A DNA stretch of 32,391 bases, taken from Octopus bimaculoides (Eukaryota). The position numbers were made by a program, and so were the translations under genes. The notes below the pieces were generated by a model. That model made no database searches. It worked only from the letters and a program-made list of their open reading frames with translations, and was not told the origin of the DNA. Below are positions 1 through 10,921 of the stretch, one piece after another (positions within the stretch are counted from its first letter, which is position 1; the number at the start of each line of letters is the position of its first letter). Location: NCBI RefSeq assembly GCF_001194135.2, contig NC_069000.1, positions 38,409,161 through 38,441,551 on the forward strand, written 5' to 3'.

Positions 1-346
1 ATATGACCGCGGTTTCGATTCCCAGACCGGGCGTTGTGAGGGTTTATTGAGCGAAAACACCTAAAGCTCCACGAGGCTCCGGCAGGGGGTGGTGGCGAAC
101 CCTGCTGTACTCTTCCACCACAACTATCTCTCACTCTTACTTCCTGTGTCTGTTGTGCCTGTAATTCAAAGGGTCAGCCTTGTCACACTGTGTCACGCTG
201 AATATCCCCGAGAACTATGCTAAGGGTACACGTGTCTGTGGAGTGCTCAGCCACTTGCACGTTAATTTCACGAGCAGGCTGTTCCGTTGATCGGATCGAC
301 TGGACCCCTCGACGTCATAAGCGACGGAGTGCCAACAGTGCTAACA
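1..346 (+). mobile_element. tRNA-derived SINE (5' end cut by window edge)
   Basis: B-box-like GGTTTCGATTCC at 11-22, then a GC-richer body, ending in short CCAACAGTGCTAACAG repeats. Resembles octopus tRNA-derived SINEs; family name not assigned. Confidence 0.6.
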
Positions 347-479
347 GTATACCATTAGTTTGAACTAGGGTGCTAGTAGGCTTGCTGAAACCACTGGGCT
401 TATGATATGAGGTGAAGATTGGTGTTCAAAATATGACGATGGGATCACAAAATGAGGTTATGAAATAGGTAAATGATGA

Positions 480-2200
480 GTTCTAAATGGGAAAATACAG
501 TCAGGTTTGAGTCACAAATATGGGAAAATGGGGGATATAAAATGATAAAATATGGTCACAAATTAGAAGGGGTGAAGCGAAGTCACAAAATGGAAGAATA
601 GGTATAATGAAATGGGGGGAGTCAGAGAAATGGAAAACAATAGTCAAGAAATGGGATTATACGAGTCACAAAATGNNNNNNNNNNAATGGAAGAATAGGT
701 ATAATGAAATGGGGGGAGTCAGAGAAATGGAAAACAATAGTCAAGAAATGGGATTATACGAGTCACAAAATGGAAGAATAGGTATAATGAAATGGGGGGA
801 ATCAGAGAAATGGAAGACAATAGTCAAGAAATGAGATTATACGAGTCACAAAATGGAAGAATAGGTATAATGAAATGGGGGGAGTCAGAGAAATGGAAGA
901 CAATAGTCAAGAAATGGGATTATACGAGTCACAAAATGGAAGAATATGAGTCACAAATAGAAAATAGGAGTCAAAAACGGAGAAGAGGATTGACCAGGTT
1001 CGTAGAACTTGTCCTAAAGTGGGAGAATAAGAGTCACAAATTGGAAGGATAAGAGTCACAAATGGGGGAATAAGATTAACAAAGTGGAAGATAGTATTCT
1101 CAAAACAAGAGAACAGGAGTCTTAAAATGGCTGAATATGAGCCACAAAGGGGGAAAAATACAAATCACAAAATAGAAAGTAGGAGTCAAAAATGGGAAAT
1201 TAGGAGTAACGAAGTGGGAGAATGAGAGTCACAANNNNNNNNNNNNNNNNNNNNNNNNNNNNNNNNNNNNNNNNNNNNNNNNNNNNNNNNNNNNNNNNNN
1301 NNNNNNNNNNNNNNNNNNNNNNNNNNNNNNNNNNNNNNNNNNNNNNNNNNNNNNNNNNNNNNNNNNNNNNNNNNNNNNNNNNNNNNNNNNNNNNNNNNNN
1401 NNNNNNNNNNNNNNNNNNNNNNNNNNNNNNNNNNNNNNNNNNNNNNNNNNNNNNNNNNNNNNNNNNNNNNNNNNNNNNNNNNNNNNNNNNNNNNNNNNNN
1501 NNNNNNNNNNNNNNNNNNNNNNNNNNNNNNNNNNNNNNNNNNNNNNNNNNNNNNNNNNNNNNNNNNNGGAATAAGATTAACAAAGTGGAAGATAGTATTC
1601 TCAAAACAAGAGAACAGGAGTCTTAAAATGGCTGAATATGAGCCACAAAGGGGGAAAAATACAAATCACAAAATAGAAAGTAGGAGTCAAAAATGGGAAA
1701 TTAGGAGTAACGAAGTGGGAGAATGAGAGTCACAAATTGGAAGGATAGGAGTCACAAATGGGAGAATAAGATTAACAAAGTGGAAAATAGTATTCTCAAA
1801 ACAAGAGAACAGGAGTCTTGAAATGGCAGAATATGAGCCACAAAGGGGGAAAATACAAATCACAAAATAGAAAGTAGGAGTCAAAAATGGGAGATTAGGA
1901 ATAACGAAGTGGAAAAATAAGAGTTTCAAAATGGGAAAACAGAAGTTCAAAAATGAGAGGATATGAGTCTCAAAATGGAAAAAAAATAGCAGTCAAAAAC
2001 TAGAGGCTAAGAGTAACAGAGTAGAAAAACCGGAGTCTCAAAATGGGAGAACATGAGTCCTAAAAGGAGAGAAAAGGAGTGACAAAATGAAAAAATAGGA
2101 GTCAAAAACGGGCGAATAGGAGTGACGATATGGACAAACAGGAGTCGCAATACTAGAGATCAGTAGTTTTAAAATGAGAAAATAGGGGTCACTTAACAGG
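480..2200. repeat. Purine-rich satellite built from a ~21-bp GAGTCACAAAATGGGAGAATA-like monomer, with 83-bp and ~195-bp higher-order units
   Basis: GTCACAAAATG recurs at 582/665 and 762/845/928 (period 83). ATAAGATTAACAAAGTGG recurs at 1070, 1571 and 1766 (195 bp between the last two). Interrupted by N gaps at 676-685 and 1235-1567. Confidence 0.9.
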
Positions 2201-2430
2201 AGTCCGAGATCACAAAGCGCCCCATATTTACTCAGTGTTTTGGCCCCTTGGAAGGATGAGGTAGTGTCATCGATGTTGTTGCTTTTGTTCAGCTTCACAT
2301 TGGCTTTGATTGAGTCGGTCTACAATTAAAAGCATTCCAGCAATAATCTGCCACACACACACACACACATATGCACACATACACATGCACACATGTGCAT
2401 ACATGTATATATGTGTGCATGTATGTATAC

Positions 2431-2671
2431 TCTCTTTTATTTGTTTCAGTCATTTGACTGTGGCCATGCTGGAGCACCGCCTTTTAGTCGAACAAATTGA
2501 CTCACAGGACTTATTCTTTGTAAGCCTAATACTTATTCCATCGGTCTCTTTTGCCGAACCACTAGTTTACGGGGACGTAAGCACAACAGCATCGGTTGTC
2601 AAGTGATGGTGGGGGACAAACACAGACACACAAACACACACACACTCACACACACACACACACACACACAT

Positions 2672-2702
<31 letters not shown>

Positions 2703-2865
2703 CGATGGGCTTCTTTCAGTTTCCTTCTATCAAATCCACTCACAAGTCTTTGTTCGGCCCGAAGCTATAGTAGAAGACATTTGCCCGAGATACCACGCAG
2801 TGGGACTGAACCTGGATTCATGTGGTTGGTAAGCAAGCTACTTACCACACACCCACTCCTGCGCC
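2431..2865 (-). mobile_element. SINE family A, full length, with internal (CA/TA)n microsatellite
   Basis: On the minus strand: GGCGCAGGAGTGG..TGTGTGGTAAG head (A box), GGTTCAGTCCC (B-box-like), CORE-like segment, microsatellite, shared 3' body, AAAAGAG tail. Homologous to more than 10 other segments in the window. Confidence 0.85.
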
Positions 2866-2962
2866 TATGTATACATTTTTTTCGGCCCCTAACTCCTGGT
2901 GGAATTATAGGAATGCTGTCATGAAAATAGGGCAGGCCTTGGACATTTTTGAAACTCTCAAG

Positions 2963-2963
<1 letters not shown>

Positions 2964-3040
<77 letters not shown>

Positions 3041-3048
3041 AACAAACA
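2964..3048. repeat. (CA)n microsatellite
   Basis: About 40 near-perfect CA units. Confidence 0.95.
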
Positions 3049-3805
3049 TTAATTACTTATAGAATTACAGACGCAGAAAATATGTCTGGATATGGTGATG
3101 CTAAGGGATGATACAACTATAGTTTATAATACCATGTGCAAAAATATGTCCATTCATTTCCAACCAACAAGGCCTTATCCTCAAACATTGTGCCCCAGAG
3201 CTCACACGTGAATGGACTCATAGAATTCTTCAATCTTTCAGGAATTACTTTGACCCTTGGAAATTCGTTTCAGTGAGACTAATCCCCAACTGTTCCCTTA
3301 TCGCCCTCAATTCTCAGTCAAGCTTTTTGCGTTCGTAGCTTTTGCTGCCGTTTCTTCACCTAGTTTTTAACCTTCTGAAATTCTCTTTTGCAAGTTCTTT
3401 TAAAACAAAAATCTACTGATTTTTATTCTTTAATCAACTTCCATCTTCAGATTGTTACGGTCATCTTTAACCATTTTATTGCGGAAATTAAGAAGATACG
3501 TCCTCTATCTTGCATTGAGAAATGTCACGTTTGAAATTATTTTCGTTGCTACACGGTCAAATCTATCAAAGCAGCGTAACTTTCTGAAAATACTAATTCG
3601 TTATCTTTCTTTCTATTTTGGTTGATATTTGATATGATTACTGGAATGGCCATGAAATTTGATTCCGCAGTAAAAGGGTTTTTAAGAGTTAAACCTTTAG
3701 ACTCTCCTATTTTAAAAATCTTTCTGGTATTTCCTTTATATATTTATGTTTATCTTCTCTGTGTGTTAGGTTTATCTGTCCGACTTATGTTCTAAATGAA
3801 GCGTA

Positions 3806-3819
3806 TTTGTGTGTGTGTA

Positions 3820-3864
<45 letters not shown>

Positions 3865-4657
3865 CTGTGTGTATGCGTGTGTTTGTGTTTCTGTGTGTTT
3901 GTGTGTGNNNNNNNNNNNNNNNNNNNNNNNNNNNNNNNNNNNNNNNNNNNNNNNNNNNNNNNNNNNNNNNNNNNNNNNNNNNNNNNNNNNNNNNNNNNNN
4001 NNNNNNNNNNNNNNNNNNNNNNNNNNNNNNNNNNNNNNNNNNNNNNNNNNNNNNNNNNNNNNNNNNNNNNNNNNNNNNNNNNNNNNNNNNNNNNNNNNNN
4101 NNNNNNNNNNNNNNNNNNNNNNNNNNNNNNNNNNNNNNNNNNNNNNNNNNNNNNNNNNNNNNNNNNNNNNNNNNNNNNNNNNNNNNNNNNNNNNNNNNNN
4201 NNNNNNNNNNNNNNNNNNNNNNNNNNNNNNNNNNNNNNNNNNNNNNNNNNNNNNNNNNNNNNNNNNNNNNNNNNNNNNNNNNNNNNNNNNNNNNNNNNNN
4301 NNNNNNNNNNNNNNNNNNNNNNNNNNNNNNNNNNNNNNNNNNNNNNNNNNNNNNNNNNNNNNNNNNNNNNNNNNNNNNNNNNNNNNNNNNNNNNNNNNNN
4401 NNNNNNNNNNNNNNNNNNNNNNNNNNNNNNNNNNNNNNNNNNNNNNNNNNNNNNNNNNNNNNNNNNNNNNNNNNNNNNNNNNNNNNNNNNNNNNNNNNNN
4501 NNNNNNNNNNNNNNNNNNNNNNNNNNNNNNNNNNNNNNNNNNNNNNNNNNTGTGTGTGTGTGTGTGTGTGTGTGTTTGTGTGTATGTGTATGTGTGTGTG
4601 CATTTGTGTTTGTGTGTGTATGCGTTTGTGTTTATGTCTTTGTGTATGTGTGCGTCG

Positions 4658-4693
<36 letters not shown>

Positions 4694-4712
4694 GTACGTG
4701 TGTCCTTGTGTT
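3806..4712. repeat. (TG)n-rich microsatellite flanking an assembly gap (N 3908-4550)
   Basis: Degenerate TG repeats on both sides of the gap. Confidence 0.9.
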
Positions 4713-4719
4713 TGTGTGC

Positions 4720-4930
4720 CAAGCTTTGTGTTTGTAATCCTCCACTGCTTGGTTTGTTTACGCCCTCGTAATTTAGCAGTTGGACAGAAGAGACCAATAA
4801 AGAAAATACCACTCCTATACAAAAGTAATTGAGGTGATTTTTTCGACTAAATCCTTCCAAAGCGGTGCCCCAGCATGGCCGCAATCCTGTGACTGAAACA
4901 AATGACAAAAGATAAAAGATTAAAAGATAT
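4720..4930 (+). mobile_element. SINE family A, 3' half (diverged)
   Basis: GTTTAC..CGTAATTTAGCAGTT..GCGGTGCCCCAGCATGGCCGCA..TGACTGAAAC, then an AAAAGAT tail. Confidence 0.75.
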
Positions 4931-5348
4931 CCTTGTAAAGGTTCAATTTTGATTGATGATATTTGGAGAGAGAGGGGCAGGGGCACGAACGGAGGGAGGG
5001 TGGGTGGCATTGAGACAGTGTCCTCTAAAGTTAACCAGTCTACTATCACTAGATAAGAGCTACATTCTATTCAAATTTTATTTAGCAAATTGTTGAGTCT
5101 TTGACAGTAAAATATTCATAGCGAAGAGAAGGTATTTAACTCCATATTAACCTTGATTCGGCAAATAATTCATTTATCAGTGACAGCAAACTTAAACCAC
5201 ATTTTTCTAGAATGTCACGATTATAATTATTAAATACGACCCGAGGTCATAACAAAAATTTTCTGGAAGTATAAATCATCTTCTCATTTGAGAATGATTT
5301 CTGCAACTTTTTTCTTTTTCGTTAATTATAATGGATATATATACTCGT

Positions 5349-5602
5349 TTACTCTTTTACTTGTTTCAGCCATTTGACTGTGGCCATGCTGGAACACCAC
5401 CTTTTGGTCGAGCAAATCGACCCCAGGACTTATCCTCTGTAAGCCTAGTACTTATTCTATCGGTCTCTTTTGCCGAACCGCTAAGTTACGGGGACGTAAA
5501 CACACCAGCAACGGCTGTCAAGTGATGTTGGGGAGACAAACACAGACACACAAACATATACACACACATACATATACATATATACGACGGGTTTCTTTCA
5601 GC
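5349..5602 (-). mobile_element. SINE family A, 3' part including microsatellite; head missing
   Basis: Near-identical to 2431-2720. Confidence 0.85.
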
Positions 5603-5678
5603 TAATCGGTTATATATATATATATATATTTAAGAATTTAAGGATTGGAGAAAACGCATGTTATAATTGCATACTTTA

Positions 5679-5762
5679 TTCCTACATATGTTTCAAAGGA
5701 TTACAACCTGTGTGATCCATAGGGATCTTTGATATTAAAATTGTAACCTTCTCATCAGGGAA
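5679..5762 (-). ncRNA. Type I hammerhead ribozyme motif (Penelope-like element/retrozyme-type)
   Basis: Minus strand reads TTCC-CTGATGA-GAAGGTTACAA-(34 nt)-TTGTAATCCTTT-GAAAC-ATAT-GTA-GGAA-TAAA. This gives both core motifs, a 4-bp stem I, an 11-bp stem II with one bulge, a palindromic minimal stem III and a GUA cleavage triplet. Confidence 0.7.
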
Positions 5763-6856
5763 AGCATGGGAATCATCTTAGACGTAAGACATTATGACTG
5801 ATTATGAAAACAATAGATGGATAAGGTTATGACTTGATTCATTTGAAAAAAACCGTTAGAGAATTGGACGCTGCCGGATAGTGGGTTGGACAACACATAC
5901 CAATCAATGTGTAAGAGCGTACATGCATACATAAATACACATACACAAACACACACATATACATGCATACTGATACACNNNNNNNNNNNNNNNNNNNNNN
6001 NNNNNNNNNNNNNNNNNNNNNNNNNNNNNNNNNNNNNNNNNNNNNNNNNNNNNNNNNNNNNNNNNNNNNNNNNNNNNNNNNNNNNNNNNNNNNNNNNNNN
6101 NNNNNNNNNNNNNNNNNNNNNNNNNNNNNNNNNNNNNNNNNNNNNNNNNNNNNNNNNNNNNNNNNNNNNNNNNNNNNNNNNNNNNNNNNNNNNNNNNNNN
6201 NNNNNNNNNNNNNNNNNNNNNNNNNNNNNNNNNNNNNNNNNNNNNNNNNNNNNNNNNNNNNNNNNNNNNNNNNNNNNNNNNNNNNNNNNNNNNNNNNNNN
6301 NNNNNNNNNNNNNNNNNNNNNNNNNNNNNNNNNNNNNNNNNNNNNNNNNNNNNNNNNNNNNNNNNNNNNNNNNNNNNNNNNNNNNNNNNNNNNNNNNNNN
6401 NNNNNNNNNNNNNNNNNNNNNNNNNNNNNNNNNNNNNNNNNNNNNNNNNNNNNNNNNNNNNNNNNNNNNNNNNNNNNNNNNNNNNNNNNNNNNNNNNNNN
6501 NNNNNNNNNNNNNNNNNNNNNNNNNNNNNNNNNNNNNNNNNNNNNNNNNNNNNNNNNNNNNNNNNNNNNNNNNNNNNNNNNNNNNNNNNNNNNNNNNNNN
6601 NNNNNNNNNNNNNNNNNNNNNNNNNNNNNNNNNNNNNNNNNNNNNNNNNNNNNNNNNNNNNNNNNNNNNNNNNNNNATATATATATATATATATATATAC
6701 TAGTAAATTATAATAATATTAGGGACAAAATCCAAAATTTCAGGTAAAAACTCAATTAAAATCAATTTATAAAAAAATAAAATTAAATTGATCTTTACAT
6801 GAAACTTGGTTCTTTTCCCTAAAACTATATATTTATATATATACTAGTATATATAC

Positions 6857-6990
6857 GCCGGGTCAATAGAATAAGTACTAGGCTTACAAAGAATAAGTCC
6901 TGGGCCGATTTCTTCGACTAAAATACCCTTTCAGGCGGTGCTCCAGCATGTCAGCAGTGAAATGACTGAAAGAAATAAAAGAATAAAAGT
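6857..6990 (+). mobile_element. SINE family A, 3' fragment
   Basis: AGAATAAGTACTAGGCTTACAAAGAATAAGTCCTGG..GGCGGTGCTCCAGCATG..tail. Confidence 0.8.
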
Positions 6991-7015
6991 ATATATATGT
7001 ATGTATGCCTGTATG

Positions 7016-7051
<36 letters not shown>

Positions 7052-7065
7052 TGTATGTATGTTGT

Positions 7066-7243
7066 CTGTGTTTGTTCCCTACCACATGTAACTTAGCGGT
7101 TCTGGCAAAATAGACCGATGGAATAAATACGAAGCTTAAACAAAAAATAAGTTCTGGGCTCGATTTATTCGACTAAAACCCTTCAAGGCGGTGCCCCAGC
7201 ATGGCCGCACTCAAATGACTGACGAAAGTGTAAGATAAAAGAT
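7066..7243 (+). mobile_element. SINE family A, 3' half preceded by (TATG)n
   Basis: GTAACTTAGCGGTTC..AAGGCGGTGCCCCAGCATGGCCGCA..tail; (TATG)n at about 7021-7061. Confidence 0.8.
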
Positions 7244-7640
7244 GTATAAACGCTACGTCGAATTTGAATGTTTTCAGGAGTTACTTCCCTTTGAACAACT
7301 TGTCGCCTATCAACTCCCAATCGTGTCCTTCGTATTGACTAAATATATGTTCAAAGGGACATAACGTCTTTATAGAGTGAGTCTTCTGTAGGACCGTTCT
7401 ACTTAGAAATAACAGCCAAATCTTCCTTTAACAATACCGTATTATTGTAAAAATGTAATAGGTTACATAGTGCAATACTAAGTGTACTATGCTGGTGAAA
7501 AGACGAGGCGGGATGTTTAGTCACGGCCAGAATGCTTGGGTGACGTAAATTTAAGTTTACGAATTGTTTTAGTTATTAAGAAATTCTGTGCACGTATGTG
7601 AAATGATTGCCGTGTGTGTGTAAAATTTATTATTTCTCTA

Positions 7641-7898
7641 GGTAATCTTCAAGTTTAGGGGATAAAAAAATAAATAAAAATATTGAAGGGAAATAATTGA
7701 ACGACTTACCAGTATTATCCGTTTTCTTCTAGCTGTTTATAAATAAATCACACCCTAGCCCTAATCCTAACCCTAACGTCAATCAAATCACGTGTGTGAT
7801 TTATTTATAAACAGAGATGTACGGAGAATACTGGTAAGACGTTCAGTTACTTCCCTTGAATATTTTTTTTTTATATCCCCCTAAACTTGAAGATTACC
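7641..7898. mobile_element. Palindromic MITE, GGTAAT...ATTACC termini, ~9-bp TSD, central CCCTAA-like repeats (Merlin-like)
   Basis: GGTAATCTTCAAGTTTAGGGG at 7641 is inverted at the right end (CCCCTAAACTTGAAGATTACC, ending 7898). Imperfect inverted arms extend about 110 bp. Flanks are ATTTCTCTA / GTTTCTCTA. Confidence 0.75.
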
Positions 7899-7904
7899 GT
7901 TTCT

Positions 7905-8200
7905 CTAATGCTTTGTATCTTTCTTTTCTCCCTCTTTCTCTATCTATCTATCTATCTGTTTATCTGTCTGTCTGTCTGTCTATCCTTTTCTTTCATTATT
8001 AATTTTCTTATACTTTCCCCCTCTCCTTCCTCTCACCTCTCTTTCGCTCATACTTTATATCTTTCTTGTTCTCTCTCTCTCTCTCTCCCTTTCTTTCGCT
8101 CATACCTGATATCTTTCTTATTCTTTCTCTTTCTCTCTCCCTCTCTCTCTCTCTCTCTCCCTCTCCCTCCCTCCCTCCATCTTCCTCTTTCTCTCATTAT
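7905..8200. repeat. CT-rich low-complexity tract
   Basis: (CT)n, (CTAT)n and (CTGT)n runs. Confidence 0.85.
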
Positions 8201-8517
8201 TTATAACTTATTTTTTCTATTCTTTCTCTCTGTAATTAGAATGATGATTCCAGAAAAATTCGATGCAATTAGGATTCGAGATAAATCCAAAATTGTAAGA
8301 GTGAAATTAATATTATGAGAGTCTCGGAAGTTGCAGAGGGTCTCTCTGATACTGGACTCCATAATTAGTAAGACTGCCCGGACAATAATTTCCAGGTTAT
8401 GTGCGGTCACCATTTTTAAACTGGAAAATAACGTAACTTATAATCCACTCTCCTGAGATAATGCGGTTTAATACAACCATATAAATGACGTTTGTAGAAA
8501 TTACAGGTGAATGGGAT

Positions 8518-8585
8518 TGGGGTCGATAGAATAAATACCAGTTGATTACTGAGGTCGATGTAATCGACCTTTCCCCTCTCTTGAA
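8518..8585 (+). mobile_element. SINE family B, internal fragment
   Basis: GGGGTCGATAGAATAAATACCAGTTGA..GGTCGATGTAATCGAC matches the reverse complement of the copy at 15886-16111. Confidence 0.6.
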
Positions 8586-9037
8586 CTGGGACTTAAATCA
8601 AGTAATTCAAATTTTATATTGTAAGTTGTTCCCCTTCCAAATGATTTAACTTAAACATTGTTCGGCAAGGCTGGCCTTACCTTTAAGCTATTATAGTCTC
8701 GCTTAATTAACGATATAATTGCTCGTCATGTTCAGTCTGTGTTTATTTTACAAAATATATCTCAACAGAATTGGAAAATAAATGTTAACGTGGAAGAAAA
8801 ATCAAGGGACATAACTATAACGGCACTGAATTAAAATAGAAAATCAAAGCTTTATTAAAATATAAATGGTAAGAAATAAACAGCATTATTTATTAAATGG
8901 TAGTTACTTTAATGGAAATGAATTGGTAGATACCCATGTTATATAACTTTTGAATGTTGTTCCTGATAAATAATATCTTATAATTGTTATTTTGTTTATT
9001 TGGTTGTAGAAATCAATATTTTCTCCTNNNNNNNNNN

Positions 9038-9360
9038 CCTTGGGCAAATATCTTCTACTATAGCCTTGGGCCGACCAAAGCCTTGTGAGTGGATTTGCTA
9101 GACGGAAACTGAAAGAAGCCCGTCGTATATATGTATATATATATATATATGTATGTGTGTTTGTCCCCCCCACCATTGCTTGACAACCGATGCTGGTGTG
9201 TTTACGTACCCGTAACTTAGCGGTTCGGCAAAAAGAGACAGATAGAATAAGTACTAGGCTTACAAAGAATAAGTCCTGGCGTCAATTTGCTCAACTAAAA
9301 GGCGGTGCTCCAGCATGGCCGCAGTCAAATGACTGAAACAAGTAAAAGAGTAAAAGAGAG
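9038..9360 (+). mobile_element. SINE family A from CORE-like segment to tail (starts at a 10-N gap)
   Basis: CCTTGGGCAA..GACGGAAACTGAAAGAAGCCCGTCG-(TA/TG)n-..GTAAAAGAGTAAAAGAG; CpGs retained. Confidence 0.9.
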
Positions 9361-9373
9361 GACTGATTGCAAA

Positions 9374-9598
9374 TTGGACAAAATGTTCAGTAGAATTTCT
9401 TCTAACTCATAACATTCAGAGTTCGAATTCTGCCGATGTCAACTTTGCCCTTGATTCTTGGGAGGGATGGGATGATAAAATAAAGTGCCAGTTGAACAAT
9501 GGGGTTGCTGTAACCGTTTACTCCCACCTACCACCACCACCACCACCACCAACATTATCATCAAATTTATTGCTGGATTTGTATCCCAAATTTGAAAG
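9374..9598 (+). mobile_element. SINE family B, diverged, with internal (CAC)n
   Basis: GAGTTCGAATTCTGCCGA (B box), CAACTTTGCC, GATAAAATAAAGTGCCAGTTGA. Confidence 0.6.
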
Positions 9599-9852
9599 TT
9601 AAGACTAGCAGAAAAGTCTATTATCCACTAACAAGTATATCTTACCCCAAACAGTATATAGCCTGACTGGAACATCTGCTCTTTACTTCATAAAGAAGTA
9701 ACAGGTCTCACCTGCTAATAAGCTTACCTGCGTTTCTAAGTGTATTTGAAGCAGATGAAATGATTGCCTAAAATGCTATGAAGTCTCAGGAGATGCTCCA
9801 AGTGTTAAGACAAATCAACTCAGTTGTCAATTTCAGTAGATTTTCAGATTAA

Positions 9853-10094
9853 CCCATTCATGCTGATCGTCCATTTAAACCGACAATTTATAAAGATATA
9901 AAAGAAATTCTTGATACAAGTTGTGATTTGTGTAGGATCTGTATCTAAGAATAAAACATGTTCTTAATGTGTATGCAGAGTGTATCAAACGGATTTCAAT
10001 CAAACTTTTTTCCAGTTGTTATTTAGGCTAAAATAATAGTATCAGTGAATTTTCAGGCAATTTCATTCACTAGAAAAATTTCGACATGAATGGG
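9853..10094. mobile_element. piggyBac-type MITE
   Basis: TTAA|CCCATTCATG ... CATGAATGGG|TTAA: 10-bp perfect TIR starting with CCC, TTAA TSD at 9849-9852 and 10095-10098. Confidence 0.75.
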
Positions 10095-10601
10095 TTAAGG
10101 ATTATGGAACGATTTTCAAAAGGCAGTGCCACACCTCAGTAGAGCAAACTCTACTGAGGTGGGGCATTGCTATTTATTTAATAAACTCTTGTATGAAAAA
10201 TCAACTCAGTTGTCACTTTTCGGTATCTCCATAGCCACAAAAGTTTTGTACATGAAAACAAGCTTTTTACATTTGTCTATCTAAGAACATCTGGTTGCTA
10301 TAATGTTAGCTGTAGTGTAGATATATACTCAGTAATGCAGTATAGTAATGAAACTAAACACTGCTAACACACCAGTAATTTATCAATCAAACTAGCTCTG
10401 CATTATAATATGAGAATGGCAATGAAAATCAGTGAAGCAGATTTAATCAATCCCTTAGTAGCTGTAAGTTTATAAGCAGTGAGTGTTTTTGTGGACACTG
10501 ATGAGATGTTACACTACAAGACTGAAATTAATCTGTCGGATCCCTCTTTTTCTGTCCAACTAAGCAGCTATAAATGAGAAGATGTCACCATCTGTCTATT
10601 A

Positions 10602-10921
10602 CAGGGGTTCCCAACCTTATTTTCTTTGTGGATCCCCTGAGAGCTATCTTATCGTCTGTGGACTCCATATATGCACATGTAAATTTTTGAAATAAAATAT
10701 TTGTTTGTAGGTTAGTAAAAACTAACAATGAAACAATTTCGTTATATTCCTAATATAAATTCCCAATATAAATCTTGAAAATTTCAATGAATACAGGTAC
10801 CTCCCCTAGTAAACAAAATTTATATATGAACCCACAAAGTGCAATTTTTTTTACTTGAGGACCCCCTTAAAGCTTCTGTGGACTCCTGGAGATTCATGTG
10901 GACCTCAGTTGGGAACCCCTA
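10602..10921. mobile_element. hAT (Charlie-like) MITE
   Basis: TIR CAGGGGTTCCCAAC / GTTGGGAACCCCTA; 8-bp TSD GTCTATTA / GTTTATTA (7/8). Confidence 0.8.

Noticed and set aside
582-940. CRISPR-like array
   Set aside because: Units are contiguous tandem repeats with no unique spacers, and the context is eukaryotic.
607-1052. ORFs with repeated MKWGESEKWKTIVKK
   Set aside because: By-product of the 83-bp satellite; the period is not a multiple of 3, so frames rotate.
1068-1733. Exact ~165-bp duplication either side of gap 1235-1567
   Set aside because: May be real satellite units, but it cannot be distinguished from overlapping contig ends.
3772-6713. Long ORFs of poly-(HT)/(CV)/X in the ORF track (also at 1200-1626, 2596-3052 and 21761-22435)
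   Set aside because: They are translations of CA/TG microsatellites and N gaps, not proteins.
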